DNA of 57,419 nucleotides, counting the filler, from Thelocarpon superellum (taxonomy: Eukaryota), in the NCBI GenBank assembly GCA_026025795.1. It is 2 parts of 2 records of this genome, joined end to end, with 100 filler letters (N's around TTAATTAATTAA, not from the genome) between each part and the next. Parts side by side here need not be neighbours in the genome. Positions count along the whole stretch, not along the records: positions 28,829 to 57,419 come from JAPEUG010000234.1; 1 more part is not named here. One strand, written 5' to 3'. The translations under genes and the position numbers were made by a program. Below, one piece after another: positions 38,833 through 49,161 of the stretch (the stretch's first letter is position 1; each line of letters starts with the position of its first letter). The notes beneath the pieces were generated by a model, which did no database searches, was not told the DNA's origin, and was given only the letters and a program-made list of their open reading frames with translations.

Positions 38833-39771
38833 AGTGCGTAGCCGCACTGGTGCAGGCGGGGAGATGTCGATCCTGGTCCCCCCCGCTTGGCCCCCTATCG
38901 CTTCGCCTCGCCTGACAAACCACCCTCGCCTTGTCTTGGGTGCAACATACCATACCGGACCGGACCGGACCAGATGGATATTCACGTCACTGCTGGGAGC
39001 TAGTGGGAACAGTGCTGAGGTAAATGAATCAAATAGATTCACTTGTGGCAGTGACCTAACTCTCTTCCTCTTTTCCTATTCTAAGTACGAGTCCTTCTTT
39101 CAAGATTGGTATCTTTCTCCCGACTTCAACATAGGCTCTCCTCGTATGTACGACAACGATAGGGTCAATGAAAAAAATACGTTATTAGCGAGCTACTCAG
39201 CATCCAGCCCAAGCGAGCCAGGCCACATGATTCGCATTCCGGCCTCTGCCATGGCTCCACGATGGGTTCTGTGGTCGCCACCTAGACCATCGGAGTCTTC
39301 TCAAAGTATGGGCTTCCCATCGGATCCAGAGTACAAGTACGAGTACTGAGCTTCATTGGTGCGTAGCAGTTAAGGGATCAACGACACATCAACGCCGGTG
39401 TCGAGGCGAGCAGCGACGGAGACGCCCGCGCCGAAAACCTGGAACGGTCCGTTCGAATGGTAGGGTAGTGGGGAAGGTTATTAGTGGTACCCGATACCAC
39501 TGGTAAGCTTTCTTTGGCATCACGACGATCCGTGCCGCCATGTCTGGTGCTGTCGAATAAAGAAAAGAGGACTAACCATCAAAGTTGACTTCAGCTAAGC
39601 ACACGCTACATGGAAGCACACGCTGACCGCAACTGATCTACTAGAAGTTAGTGACGTACCATAGCTCCTGGCAGATATATCACGCCACCGCCACGCTAAG
39701 TGACGGGTAAATCTAGCTGGATCTATGGATCTACTATATCTCCACGCAACTGGATCGGTTGGTATGAAGTA

Positions 39772-40740
39772 CTAAGGTGGTGAGTTAATTCTCGAGACAG
39801 CTCTGTGGACTATACCACAACTCGTACAACTCCATACAATAGCCAAGGTAGCTTGGCGGTACAACTTCATGCATGGCGCACAGAGCTCCACGGCGTAGCA
39901 CCATCGACAGATATAACGGGAACCGTCGACCTGATGCTGGCGAAGAGACGCTGTCGAGTTGTCGCATCGGCAAGTTGACGTCATCTTCTTTCCCTTCCTG
40001 AGCGAGCGGGTTAGTACCAAGGATGCGTATTCGTCGTCATCGAACGAGAGGAGACAACTTCCAAGGAATTCGAGCGACCAATCTGCCACCTCCGCACCTT
40101 GGCGCAATTTCGCAGCCAACTTTGCTATCGGCCTGGCCGCAGTCCGCCGGCCAGTGTAGATCATGTGATGGGCAAGAGGATGCTCGCCCGGTCAGAGGTT
40201 ACGGAGAAGGAGATAGTCGAAAGCGATTGGACCACATCTACCACGAAGGTTCACATCTGCGCCGCTTGTAGGAGGACTTGCGCGCTCGCGTGAAAGGAGG
40301 GCGAGACTGCGAGATGCAATGCGGTATAATTTGTCGGCCCACAGCAGTCCACCTCTGCGCCTCCTTCTGGTAGGATGTGGATCGTGCTTGCTCTGTCCTT
40401 GGTAGCTGCAATGTGTAGCATCTGCCACCACGAGTCTCCTAGGCGCAAGATTGTGCTGGCCCCAGCTCTACGAAGAGCCCAAACTGTCGTGTCATGACCG
40501 CCATCGCCTGCGTGTGTCAGCGCAATCAAGCCAAAGTCGTTCACTGTGGCCACTGCGACGGCCTTGGTCAGAAGCAGTTCGACCACGTCTGCCTGACCAC
40601 TGCAGGCAGCCTTGTGGAGGGGGGTGGCGCGATCTATGGAACATGCGAGCGGATCCGCACTCCGATCAAGCAAGGCTTCCGCCACAGAAGACGTCCCCTC
40701 GTAGCAGGCGAGGTGGGCGGGGGGGGGCAGTTGTAGGGGC
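39772..40740 (-). pseudogene. Degenerate ankyrin-repeat + ZZ-type zinc-finger gene fragment
   Basis: Ankyrin consensus segments (HLACYEG..SVAEALLDRSADP, TPLHKAACSGQADVVELLL, TALHLAV) and CD.....GSRYICRWC...ELCAPC lie in different frames; no convincing start. Confidence 0.7.
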
Positions 40741-40967
40741 GATGGGCGTAGATGCGCTCCCAGATTGTTGCGGCTTGGGGCTTCTCCGTAGGATCGAATA
40801 CTACCGTTGTGGCTCGCGTGGCACGTGCACCCGTCCATAATTTGGGCGAATGGGCGAACGAGCTCAGGCTGCTAGTCGTTGCGCTCCGATTGATCATCTA
40901 CAAATTTTGAGCCGCGAACCATTTTCGACGGGCTGATGGAAATGGGTTCGGAGTGATTGGCTAAGAC

Positions 40968-43018
40968 ATGGAATCTAAGGTGCTGTGCACCATATGCCTC
41001 CGACGGTGCCTACGAGCCAGCACTGGCCCTTCCATCGGAAGCCCCACTCCTCTTCCTCGACGACCCAAGCTCGTCCCGACGAGTGGATCATTCGCCCCGG
41101 GATCATGGATGCGCTCGACCTACGCCACCGCCGTCGTCGTGGGCCAGGCTCAGAGAAGCCCAGGAGTCCAAGTGGTCTGGTCGAAGCCCGGTCGCGGCAA
41201 TGCACGTGGCGAGAACTCGGAGGGAGATCTACGCCGGCGCCGACCGGACCTCAACGTCGGCCTTGAGCTCAAGTACCTGCGTGATCCGGTCAAGCTTGCG
41301 GACCGGGTGCGTTTTGCCCTCCGCGATGGCCAGGTGGATCAGGCCATGGACTTGGTGCGGGAGGCTAGCAAGGATATCCCGTGCACGGTCAGCTGGAACC
41401 ACTTGATGGACTATCAGATGCAGCGAGGAAGAGTCGCTGCATCCCTGAAGACATACAATGAGGTGAGGGTCAGGCTGGAAAGGGTGGGTAAATCACTGCT
41501 GACTCAGGGGAACCACAGATGAAGAAGCGCGGGCAGAAGCCGGACGCGCACACGTATACGTTACTCCTTCGAGGATTGGGCGCGCACACGCAATACCCAA
41601 GTGCGCTGGGGAAGGCGCTCTCAATCTACCATTCCCTGTTCACGCCCAAGGCTCCGGTGAAGCCGTCCATCATCCATGCCAACGCCGTGCTAAAAGTCTG
41701 CGCGTTGTCGGGCGATATGGACTCGCTGTGGGGCATCGCAGCCAAGTTACCCGACCGAGGGCCTGGAGCGGCGGACAATTGGACCTTTACCACCATCTTA
41801 AACGCCATCCGGCACGACGTTGAGGCGGCCCCTCGCTTTCATATATCGCCCGAGCAGATGGCCCAACGAAAGGAAGAGGCCATCATCAAGGGCCGGCGGA
41901 TGTGGGAGGATATTGTGGACCGGTGGAGGACGGGCAACCTTCGAGTGGACGAGGATCTGACATGTGCCATGGGCCGACTCCTCCTGATTGGTGAACGCCC
42001 TGCGGACTGGGACGACGTCTTTTCCCTGGTGGCGCAGACCATGAACGTGCCTCGCCTCGTGCCCCGCCTAGGCACGAATGCCCGAGCGCCAGCAGCGGCC
42101 GGGCTCACTGGATCGGCACCAGATCCATCGCCCCGAGACCTGGCGGATGCCGACAACCTCTTTCGCTCCTTACACGGAGTCGATGCGCACGGTCGCGATC
42201 GGACCAGCACCTTTACTTACGGCGAGCCCCAGACCCAGACGCTCTCGCTGCTACTCGACGCATGCTCGAAGCTCCGGATTAAGAAGACAGCAACGGATTA
42301 CTGGGAGCTCTTGACCGATTCCACGACGTATGGCATCCGACCAGACTCCAACAACTACATCAGCTATCTGCGGCTCCTTCGATTTACGCGAGCCAGCTCG
42401 CAAGCCACGCGACTCCTGCTCGACGAAGCCATGCACAGCCGCGACGCCGCCTTTGTGCGAAAAGCCTTCCGCGTCGCCATGAGCGCATGTGTGCGGGACA
42501 GGAACAACCCACACAGCCTCGAACACGCACACCAGCTCCTCAAAGCCATGCAGGGCCGCTTTTCCGACACGGACATCCGAACGCTGATGCTGTACATGCA
42601 GCTGACAACGTCGACAGACGACGCGAAAGTCATGCTCCAGATTCTCGACCACGTGCGCCCGGCCTTCCTCAACCTGCGCAGCCAAATAGCCTACGGCCAC
42701 GCGAACACGCTCGATATGCCGGAGCGGTGGTACCGCGACATGTCGCTTGATCTGGCCCGGCGCATGATCGGATGTTATGATCGTCTCATCAATCGTGGCG
42801 AGAACAACCCGCGCGTCTTGGACCACTATTTCGAAGAACGCAATCGTCTCGCTGCTTATGTTACCCGCTATAACGTGCCCGGTAAGGAGGTGGTGGGTAG
42901 TGTTGGGAAGAAGAAGAAGAGTGGGAGGGAGGAAGAGGGTGCGGATGGAGTGGAAGGAGGGGAGGGAAGGCGGGCAGAGAGGGTCAAGACGGACGATGAT
43001 GTGGATGAGACCACATGA
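40968..43018 (+). CDS. Pentatricopeptide-repeat (PPR) protein, likely mitochondrial; intron 41463-41518
   Basis: Arg/Ser-rich presequence-like N-terminus; PPR motifs TVSWNHLMDYQMQRGRVAASLKTYNE/MKKRGQKPDAHTYTLLLRG, IIHANAVLKVC, WTFTTILNA. Confidence 0.9.
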
Positions 43019-43198
43019 CCCGATGTACCATATCATGCTGGATTCTTCCTCCATCCAGGGTGGAACATGTACCCAAAGAAACCTATAGAGATGGAGATGG
43101 ACATGAACGCTAGATGCTGCATCTTACCCCAACTCCCATCCAAGCAAGGCCCCGTCTGTTTCTCGAATCCAATCTAATGCAATTCAATCCAGTCACGG

Positions 43199-44012
43199 TC
43201 AAGCCTTGATATCAAAGCTCGTGCCACAGCCACAGCTACTAGTCGCCAGGGGGTTATCAACAATCTTAAACTGACTGCCGATAAGCTCCATGGTATAGTC
43301 GATCTTGCTCCCCTGTAGCAGCTCCAGGCTCGGCTCGTCCATGACGACCTTGGCGCCCGAGCCGTCGCCCGCTTCGAAGACGGTATCGTCCGTGGCTGAG
43401 ACGGCGTCGGTATTGGTCAGAGACATCAGGTATTGGAATCCATGGCATCCGCCGGATTCCACGGTCACGCGTAATGCGAGGGAGGGGTTGTCGTCTGTTG
43501 ACATGATTTCTTTCAGGCGCTAGGTAACGTTAGCGGTGATCTGCATCGAGGGGGTTCTCGAGGAGGATTGGAGGTATGCCATCACGTACATTTGCAGCTC
43601 GAGGCGTGATGTCTATGCTCATGGCATTGCCATCTTCGTCGTTTCGTGGATTACTCAGGACAACGGCACTTGATGGCGCCGGGGTGGGAGAGGTGGCTGT
43701 CGCGGTGGCGGCGGTGGCGAGGAAGTTCCTGTTGGTCGTCGGGAGGAAGGCATGTCGAGTTGCACGGACGACAGGTCTCTGCGTCGGGAGTTTCCTCCGT
43801 CCAAGACGTGACCTTATGCTCTGCCAAGGTAGGAGAAAGTCAGGGATGCTTTCGATCGAGACTTGGGTCGTGGCGGTTCGAAAGGTGTGACTATGAGGTG
43901 AATGTGGAGATGCGCTTGACATGAAACTACAGCCGTGTATCGGGACACTGCCTGCGCACCCTCCGGCGCGCTTTGCACGTATCAGACGTGATGCAACTCT
44001 CCACTCCGACAT
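43199..44012 (-). CDS. ISA2: A-type Fe-S cluster assembly protein Isa2; intron 43589-43520
   Basis: ITPRAAN/RLKEIM...LRVTVESGGCHGFQY...SSCGCGTSFD; N-terminal mitochondrial presequence-like region. Confidence 0.95.
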
Positions 44013-44244
44013 CGTGGTGATTGTGGCGACCGGGTTGGCTTGGTATGGAGCTATGTGACGATGGACAGTCGAAAGAAAAAGTAGCCTGCAATGTGACTAG
44101 TAGTCACTTCGTCCCACTGAAGCCGAGGAATTATTAGAAATCCAGACGACGTCGTTAAACATCCCGTCACGAGTCACAAGTCACGAATGACATGGACGAC
44201 TCCATTTTCTTCGATGATACCCCACTTCATGACCTACTCGAGAA

Positions 44245-45720
44245 TACAGTCACATAGGAACCCAATGCTCCGCCGAGCAAAAATGTGGCTATTGTGCAGG
44301 CCGCCACACGACCAAAGACTGCAGCAATAGGGAGGCGTCATCCTCCAACAAGTGCGTCGTCTGTGACGGGAGCCACACGGCCTGGAGCCCTTCATGCCCG
44401 GCACAGAATAAAGAGCAAATCCAGGTCAACCAGGCAAAACAGGAGCGAATGCCTTTCCACACGCTCAGGTGTCAGACGATACTGTCAACACCCTCAACCA
44501 GGCCTTCCATTCCATCTCTGGCAGCCACGGTCCCTGGACCTCCCACGGGAGACAGGCAGTCAAGGTCCAGCTCACCGACTAAAAGACCATACACGAAACG
44601 CCCAAGGACAGCATCCACGGAGAAAGCGACAAGCCAAAGTGGGAGCACGATAACAGACCTCCACCCGTCTAGCCAACAGTCGATCAACTCTATGATCGAG
44701 GCGTGTCGAGGGGCTATTGCGGGCCGCCCTACCGTCCTCCTCGGAGACGGAGACGCCAATTCCAGGCTGAGATGGAATGAGCCGGGCACAACTCAGAAAC
44801 GAAGCCAACCAAAACCGAACAAGGCTCGCAGTATACAGGCCAGCCGGATGGATGAGTCGTAAGACCTCCTTCACAATCTTGCAGTACAACGTCATGAAGT
44901 CAAGAGATATAGTCATGGCCCCGCTCTTCCGAGATCAGCAGATCACCGACTTCGACATCGTGGCGCTTCAAGGACCCTGGAGGAATCCTTTTATCGACAC
45001 TACCTTCCATCCCCTGAAGGACCGCTTTCACCTCGCCTACTCCCCGGAGGCGACCACGCGAGTGTGCTTCTTCATCAGTAAGAGCATCCCGACGACGGAC
45101 TGGTCGATCGTACACCACTCGTCAGACCTCTGCACCCTAAGGATGGCCTGCCAAATGGACGAACAAACGACACAACGTGTCTATATCCACAACGTCTAAA
45201 ACCCGCAGCCAACAACTGCCAGTCCGAATGGCACACTGCCTCTTCTACACACAGCCCTCGACGCAGGAAGGGGCCAGGAGCATGCGGTACTAGGGGACAT
45301 CAACCTTCACCACCCGCTCTGGTCAGGGTCGACCCATCTGCAAAGCCCCGATGCAGATTACCTCCTGGATAACCTGTGCGACCATCAACTTCAGTTTTTA
45401 AACGCCGGAAGGCGCCACGACATTCATAGGGAAAGGAGCAGACAACACTTTCGACCTCAACTTTGCAACGCCCTCTGTCGCGGACAGGATGAGGTCTTGC
45501 AAAGCGACAGACTCTATGCACCACGACTCCAACCATCTACCGATCGCCACAACCCTCGATCTCTGGACAGCACCCACCTTACAGCAAGCCCGGCCTCAGT
45601 GGAAACGTACGGATTCTAAGGTGCTGCTGGATACCCTGAAGACACCTCCTCACCGTCGAGTCAATCACGACGGCTCGAGAACTCAACGATATGGTTGAAC
45701 AAATGGTGCGAGCCCTGGCC
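44245..45720 (+). mobile_element. Non-LTR retrotransposon (LINE, Tad1-like) relic: ORF1 zinc knuckles + disrupted ORF2 APE endonuclease; no RT
   Basis: ORF1 end reads HIGTQC..KCGYCAGRHTTKDC...KCVVCDGSHTAWSPSC. ORF1 stop (44862) overlaps the ORF2 ATG (44852): ILQYNV...DIVALQGPW...IHNV*NP...VLGD.N.HHPLW...SNHLPI, with a stop and frameshifts. Confidence 0.9.
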
Positions 45721-45746
45721 AGTGTCCTCAAACGCCTGCATTCGTT

Positions 45747-46135
45747 TCACGCTGAAGCTTTGGAATCCGTCTCTTTTTTGGATCTTGAGCTCTTAAAGCT
45801 CTTGATCACATTCTAGATACGCAGGTCATGCGTTAGTAGCAGAGCGCTTCAACATGAGGTTAGATACATACCGCTAAAGCTTCAGGATGCACTCCGCTCT
45901 CTATCAACGATGCGCAACATGCCAGTTGCGAACGAGAAAGACCAGTGTTCCGTAATGAAATTTAGTGTGACCATCTTTTCAGGAATGAAGGAAACCGTAT
46001 CAAAAGCGTAGACATCTCGTGAAGAATATCGAGCGTTTCACGATGAGCATCACGATGGGACGTCTCGCGACGAGATCTTTCACGCTTGGCAAGCTCTTCC
46101 TTCGCTTCAAAGCCTTGATTATCATTGTCAGGCAT
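45747..46135 (-). pseudogene. MZT1: MOZART1/Mzt1 (gamma-tubulin complex activator) pseudogene
   Basis: RETLDILHEMSTLL/NTGLSRSQLACCASLIESGVHPEALA/NVIK is the Mzt1 core. Intron 1 (46000-45950) has AT..GG ends; exon 3 appears frameshifted (AAG-AG-CTT-TAA). Confidence 0.82.
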
Positions 46136-46374
46136 CGTGGTGTAAGACTGTGACAACGGCCTCGACTTCGAGAGATTGGATGAGTTTGGTTTTAGAAGAG
46201 AGCAGCCGGTTGGTGACGTGAAAGAGGGGAAACAGGTGCGGCGAGATTGATTGATTGAGGATTGTTCGGTTATAGCCGACTGCTCTCTAGGGCATAGCGA
46301 GTAGAGCCCTTAAACTAAGCAGCTGAAGGCTGCTGAGCGGCGTTGCGATGACTCCACCACGGCGAGTCCTTACA

Positions 46375-46649
46375 GGTTATGAGCCCGGTTGAGCTGGTGG
46401 TAGCAGTCCACTTGAGCGCCTGAGTCCGTCAGCTGCCTGTTACTGGGATGTCGTCGTCGTCGTCGTCTTAGTCGTCAGTCGTTGTCAACCGTCGTCGTTG
46501 AAGTCGCCAGCCGTCGGCCGTCATCGTTGAAATCGAACCATCAGTTGTTAGTTGAGGGTGTAGGAATCAGAGCTGAGTTGCTAATCTACGCGTAGTCTGG
46601 GATAGTAATAGGAGTGGGCACGTGACCAGATCACGTGCGTGCTCCTACA
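46375..46649 (+). mobile_element. Copia-type non-autonomous remnant: PBS-like GGTTATGAGCCC, short internal part, purine tract, 91-bp LTR-like unit (46559-46649)
   Basis: ...TACA|GGTTATGAGCCC at 46371-46386; TTGAGGG|TGTAGGA junction; the unit has TGTAGGA...TCCTACA termini. Confidence 0.6.
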
Positions 46650-46848
46650 CCAGCTAAGTTACCTCAAACGCTAGTCATCCACATCACATATATATGCTCG
46701 TGCAGTCCTCATACGCAGAGGGCCGGCCGGTTAGGGTGTACTCATATTTACCATTGGTAGGGTTCATACGTCCTGTCACAGAGCCGGTTCATTTCACGAG
46801 AGCAATCTGACGGACTCCAGCTACTTCTACGCCAGAAGTTATTGACCA

Positions 46849-49161
46849 TCATGTGGGCTTGACACGGATCCCCAGCCCGTCTGCCTCTAGCGGCTCTCGT
46901 CTTCTCTTGTTTCCAGAAGATGGCGACAGGAGCAAGGGTGGCGACTCCCGGACGATACCTGCCCTTTCAAAGTCGATCACCATGATTCGACGCACCCGAT
47001 CATCCCACAAGATATTTCGCGACGACTCGTCGTTGTGCTGGATTCCTGCGTCCCGGAGGCCTTTGAAAGCTTGAGCGATCTTGCTCTTCATGCGAGGGTT
47101 GTCCATGATACTGACAGGGTCGTCGATGCGTCGGCCAGCCCATGAGAGGAGCAATATGTGCATGATTCGGACCCCCTTGTCGTAGTAGTAGGGGTGGGAG
47201 AAGTCGATGCTTCCCAAGCAGACGGGCAGAGAGACTCCCTGGAGTGCCCGGAGATGATCGTAGACCACTGCTTCGTGTCGGATGTCATCGACGAAAGCCT
47301 CGACGGTACCTTTGGCAACAAGTGTGTACCCGTATGAAGCCAATGTTACCCTGAAAAGGACGCCGCGTGCACCCTCCATGCCCATCGGCTCGAAGTGATT
47401 GTCCAGCGTGCGCTTGAGCTGTCGGTGGAGAAGCCTGAGAAAGGATGTTCGATCGATTCGGTGACGACCGTCATGGCCTCGATGTGCAGGCACGTTGGGG
47501 CACTTAGGATCGAGAAAGTCTGCCCGCGTGAGGCCCCGCAGACAATCGTGCGTACAGAACTCCCGGCGTCTGTGTTGACGCCTGGAATCGGAAGCGGTTG
47601 AGTTGGCACCCGTAGAACTGGTTGGCTGTGGGGCCCGACGGGTGCGATCGGCACCAGGGTCGCGGGTTGGAGTATCGGGATCGTTGAAGTCCGAGTCTGA
47701 TCCTGGGCTTTCGGCGTCGTCGTGGATCGAAGCCTCTGGTGAACGACAACCGGCTCCGTTCATCGATCGAAGCTTGATGGGAGATCTGTCCTCGAGACGG
47801 TAGGTACTTGGGCGGTAGGAGCTTGTCGAGGCGGCCTTTCTGGTGCTTGGTGGGATCTCCCGCAGGATCGCGTCGTAATCCACCTCCCACGGCGAAAGTT
47901 GAGCGATGAGGCTCTCCCGCCACCTGTTCGTCTCTGACTTGGATTCGAGCGCGAGCAGACTGAAGGCCAGGATCTGAGCTAGAGCAGTGCGGTGCGACCA
48001 ATCCTCCTGTGGAAACTGGTCTCTCTGTGACGCCACATCGGCACTGGGGTCGACGAGATGGTATAAGATGGTGGCCGGGTCGTCTAACGGGACATGGAGG
48101 AAGACGAAGGCCTGGCCGGTCGTGATGTATCCGTACTGAACGCCACACTCGATCATATAGGAGTAAATCTGAGTGACGGCAGCAGCAACCAGTCGATCGG
48201 AGTGGTATCTGAGGTGGGCGTCTTCATCCTCAGGAGATGGTATTGTCGGTCGATCGATGACGTCCGGGCGTAACTCCATCTGACGAAGCCCCGCCTGCAG
48301 CAAGGCGAGCGGCATCTTGTGTGGCGGTTTGCGCTCGATGAGGAAAGCGAGACGGCGGCTCCTGTTCTTGCCCTGGCCTTCGACGTAGACACAGACCTGA
48401 TCTGTTGCGGGAAACTTCGAGCCGCGAATTCGAGCGGCCGGAGTCGACGGCCCGGAAGTTCTCTGGCCAGATCGCCGGACAACTTCTTCGCTCTCATCAC
48501 TCAGGGCGTGCGGTTGGTGTTCGAAGGTCACATGTCCGCCGAGCTTGAACTGTGCAATGACTGGATCGACGGCGCAAAGGTGGTTGAGAATGAAGCTGGC
48601 AGGTATCTCCACCGCTTGGCGTTGAACATCGTGAAGGTCCGCTTCATAGCCCAAAGGCTGCGTCTTGATCCTCTTGCCCTGGCTTTCGACCGAATGCTCG
48701 CTCTCGAAAACTCGTTGACCGTGCTCCGGGGGATATGCCGAATAAAGCCGCGTAAGCACGTTTTTTTGTTGCGGGAGGAATTTATCCCACGGCGCCAGAT
48801 GCCTAGGATGTGTTTTCCCGTCCGGCTTGGTGATTCCGCCCGTCGACGTGAGCGACTTGTCCGCCTGGATAGTGATGTTAAGGAAGAGATGCTGGTGGCA
48901 AAGCCGGAGATATTCGACGAGCGTGGTGTTGTTCAGCCGTCGTTCGGCCTCCTCCCGAGATGCCCGTTCGTCCTGGACGCGTCGCTCGGCCGCCACTCGA
49001 GCCGCGTCTGCCTCCTCCCGCGATGCCCGTTCGTCCTGGACGCGTCGCTCGGCCACCACTCGAGCCGCATCTGCCTCCTCCCGCGATGCCCGTTCGTCCT
49101 GGACGCGTCGTTCTGCCTCTCGCAGAAGTTTCTGGAGTGCCTCGATATTCGGTCGAGACAT
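46849..49161 (-). CDS. Spok-family (spore killer) protein: coiled-coil repeats, PD-(D/E)xK-like nuclease, Cys cluster, kinase; intronless, ~770 aa
   Basis: TTLVEYLRLCHQHL...TSTGGITKPDGKTHPRHLAPW; DQVCVY...FLIERKPPHK...QIYSYMIECGVQYGYITTGQAFVFL; FCTHDCLRGL...LDPKCPNVPAH; GARGVLFRVTL..YGYTLVAKGT...HNDESSRNILWD...IDFERA. Architecture matches Podospora SPOKs as recalled. Confidence 0.85.
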   Translation of the reverse strand: MSRPNIEALQKLLREAERRVQDERASREEADAARVVAERRVQDERASREEADAARVAAERRVQDERASREEAERRLNNTTLVEYLRLCHQHLFLNITIQADKSLTSTGGITKPDGKTHPRHLAPWDKFLPQQKNVLTRLYSAYPPEHGQRVFESEHSVESQGKRIKTQPLGYEADLHDVQRQAVEIPASFILNHLCAVDPVIAQFKLGGHVTFEHQPHALSDESEEVVRRSGQRTSGPSTPAARIRGSKFPATDQVCVYVEGQGKNRSRRLAFLIERKPPHKMPLALLQAGLRQMELRPDVIDRPTIPSPEDEDAHLRYHSDRLVAAAVTQIYSYMIECGVQYGYITTGQAFVFLHVPLDDPATILYHLVDPSADVASQRDQFPQEDWSHRTALAQILAFSLLALESKSETNRWRESLIAQLSPWEVDYDAILREIPPSTRKAASTSSYRPSTYRLEDRSPIKLRSMNGAGCRSPEASIHDDAESPGSDSDFNDPDTPTRDPGADRTRRAPQPTSSTGANSTASDSRRQHRRREFCTHDCLRGLTRADFLDPKCPNVPAHRGHDGRHRIDRTSFLRLLHRQLKRTLDNHFEPMGMEGARGVLFRVTLASYGYTLVAKGTVEAFVDDIRHEAVVYDHLRALQGVSLPVCLGSIDFSHPYYYDKGVRIMHILLLSWAGRRIDDPVSIMDNPRMKSKIAQAFKGLRDAGIQHNDESSRNILWDDRVRRIMVIDFERAGIVRESPPLLLSPSSGNKRRREPLEADGLGIRVKPT
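48938..49118 (-). repeat. 63-bp coding tandem repeat (ERRVQDERASREEADAARV[V/A]A) x~2.8
   Basis: Near-perfect nucleotide repeats in the Spok N-terminal coiled coil. Confidence 0.93.

Noticed and set aside
45950..46000. Possible U12-type AT-AC intron in MZT1
   Set aside because: Using the AC end puts exon 2 out of frame, and there is no ATATCCTT 5' consensus; broken GT-AG sites in a pseudogene fit better.
48938..49118. Repeat array resembling CRISPR
   Set aside because: Contiguous in-frame coding repeats with no unique spacers, in a eukaryotic gene with no cas genes.
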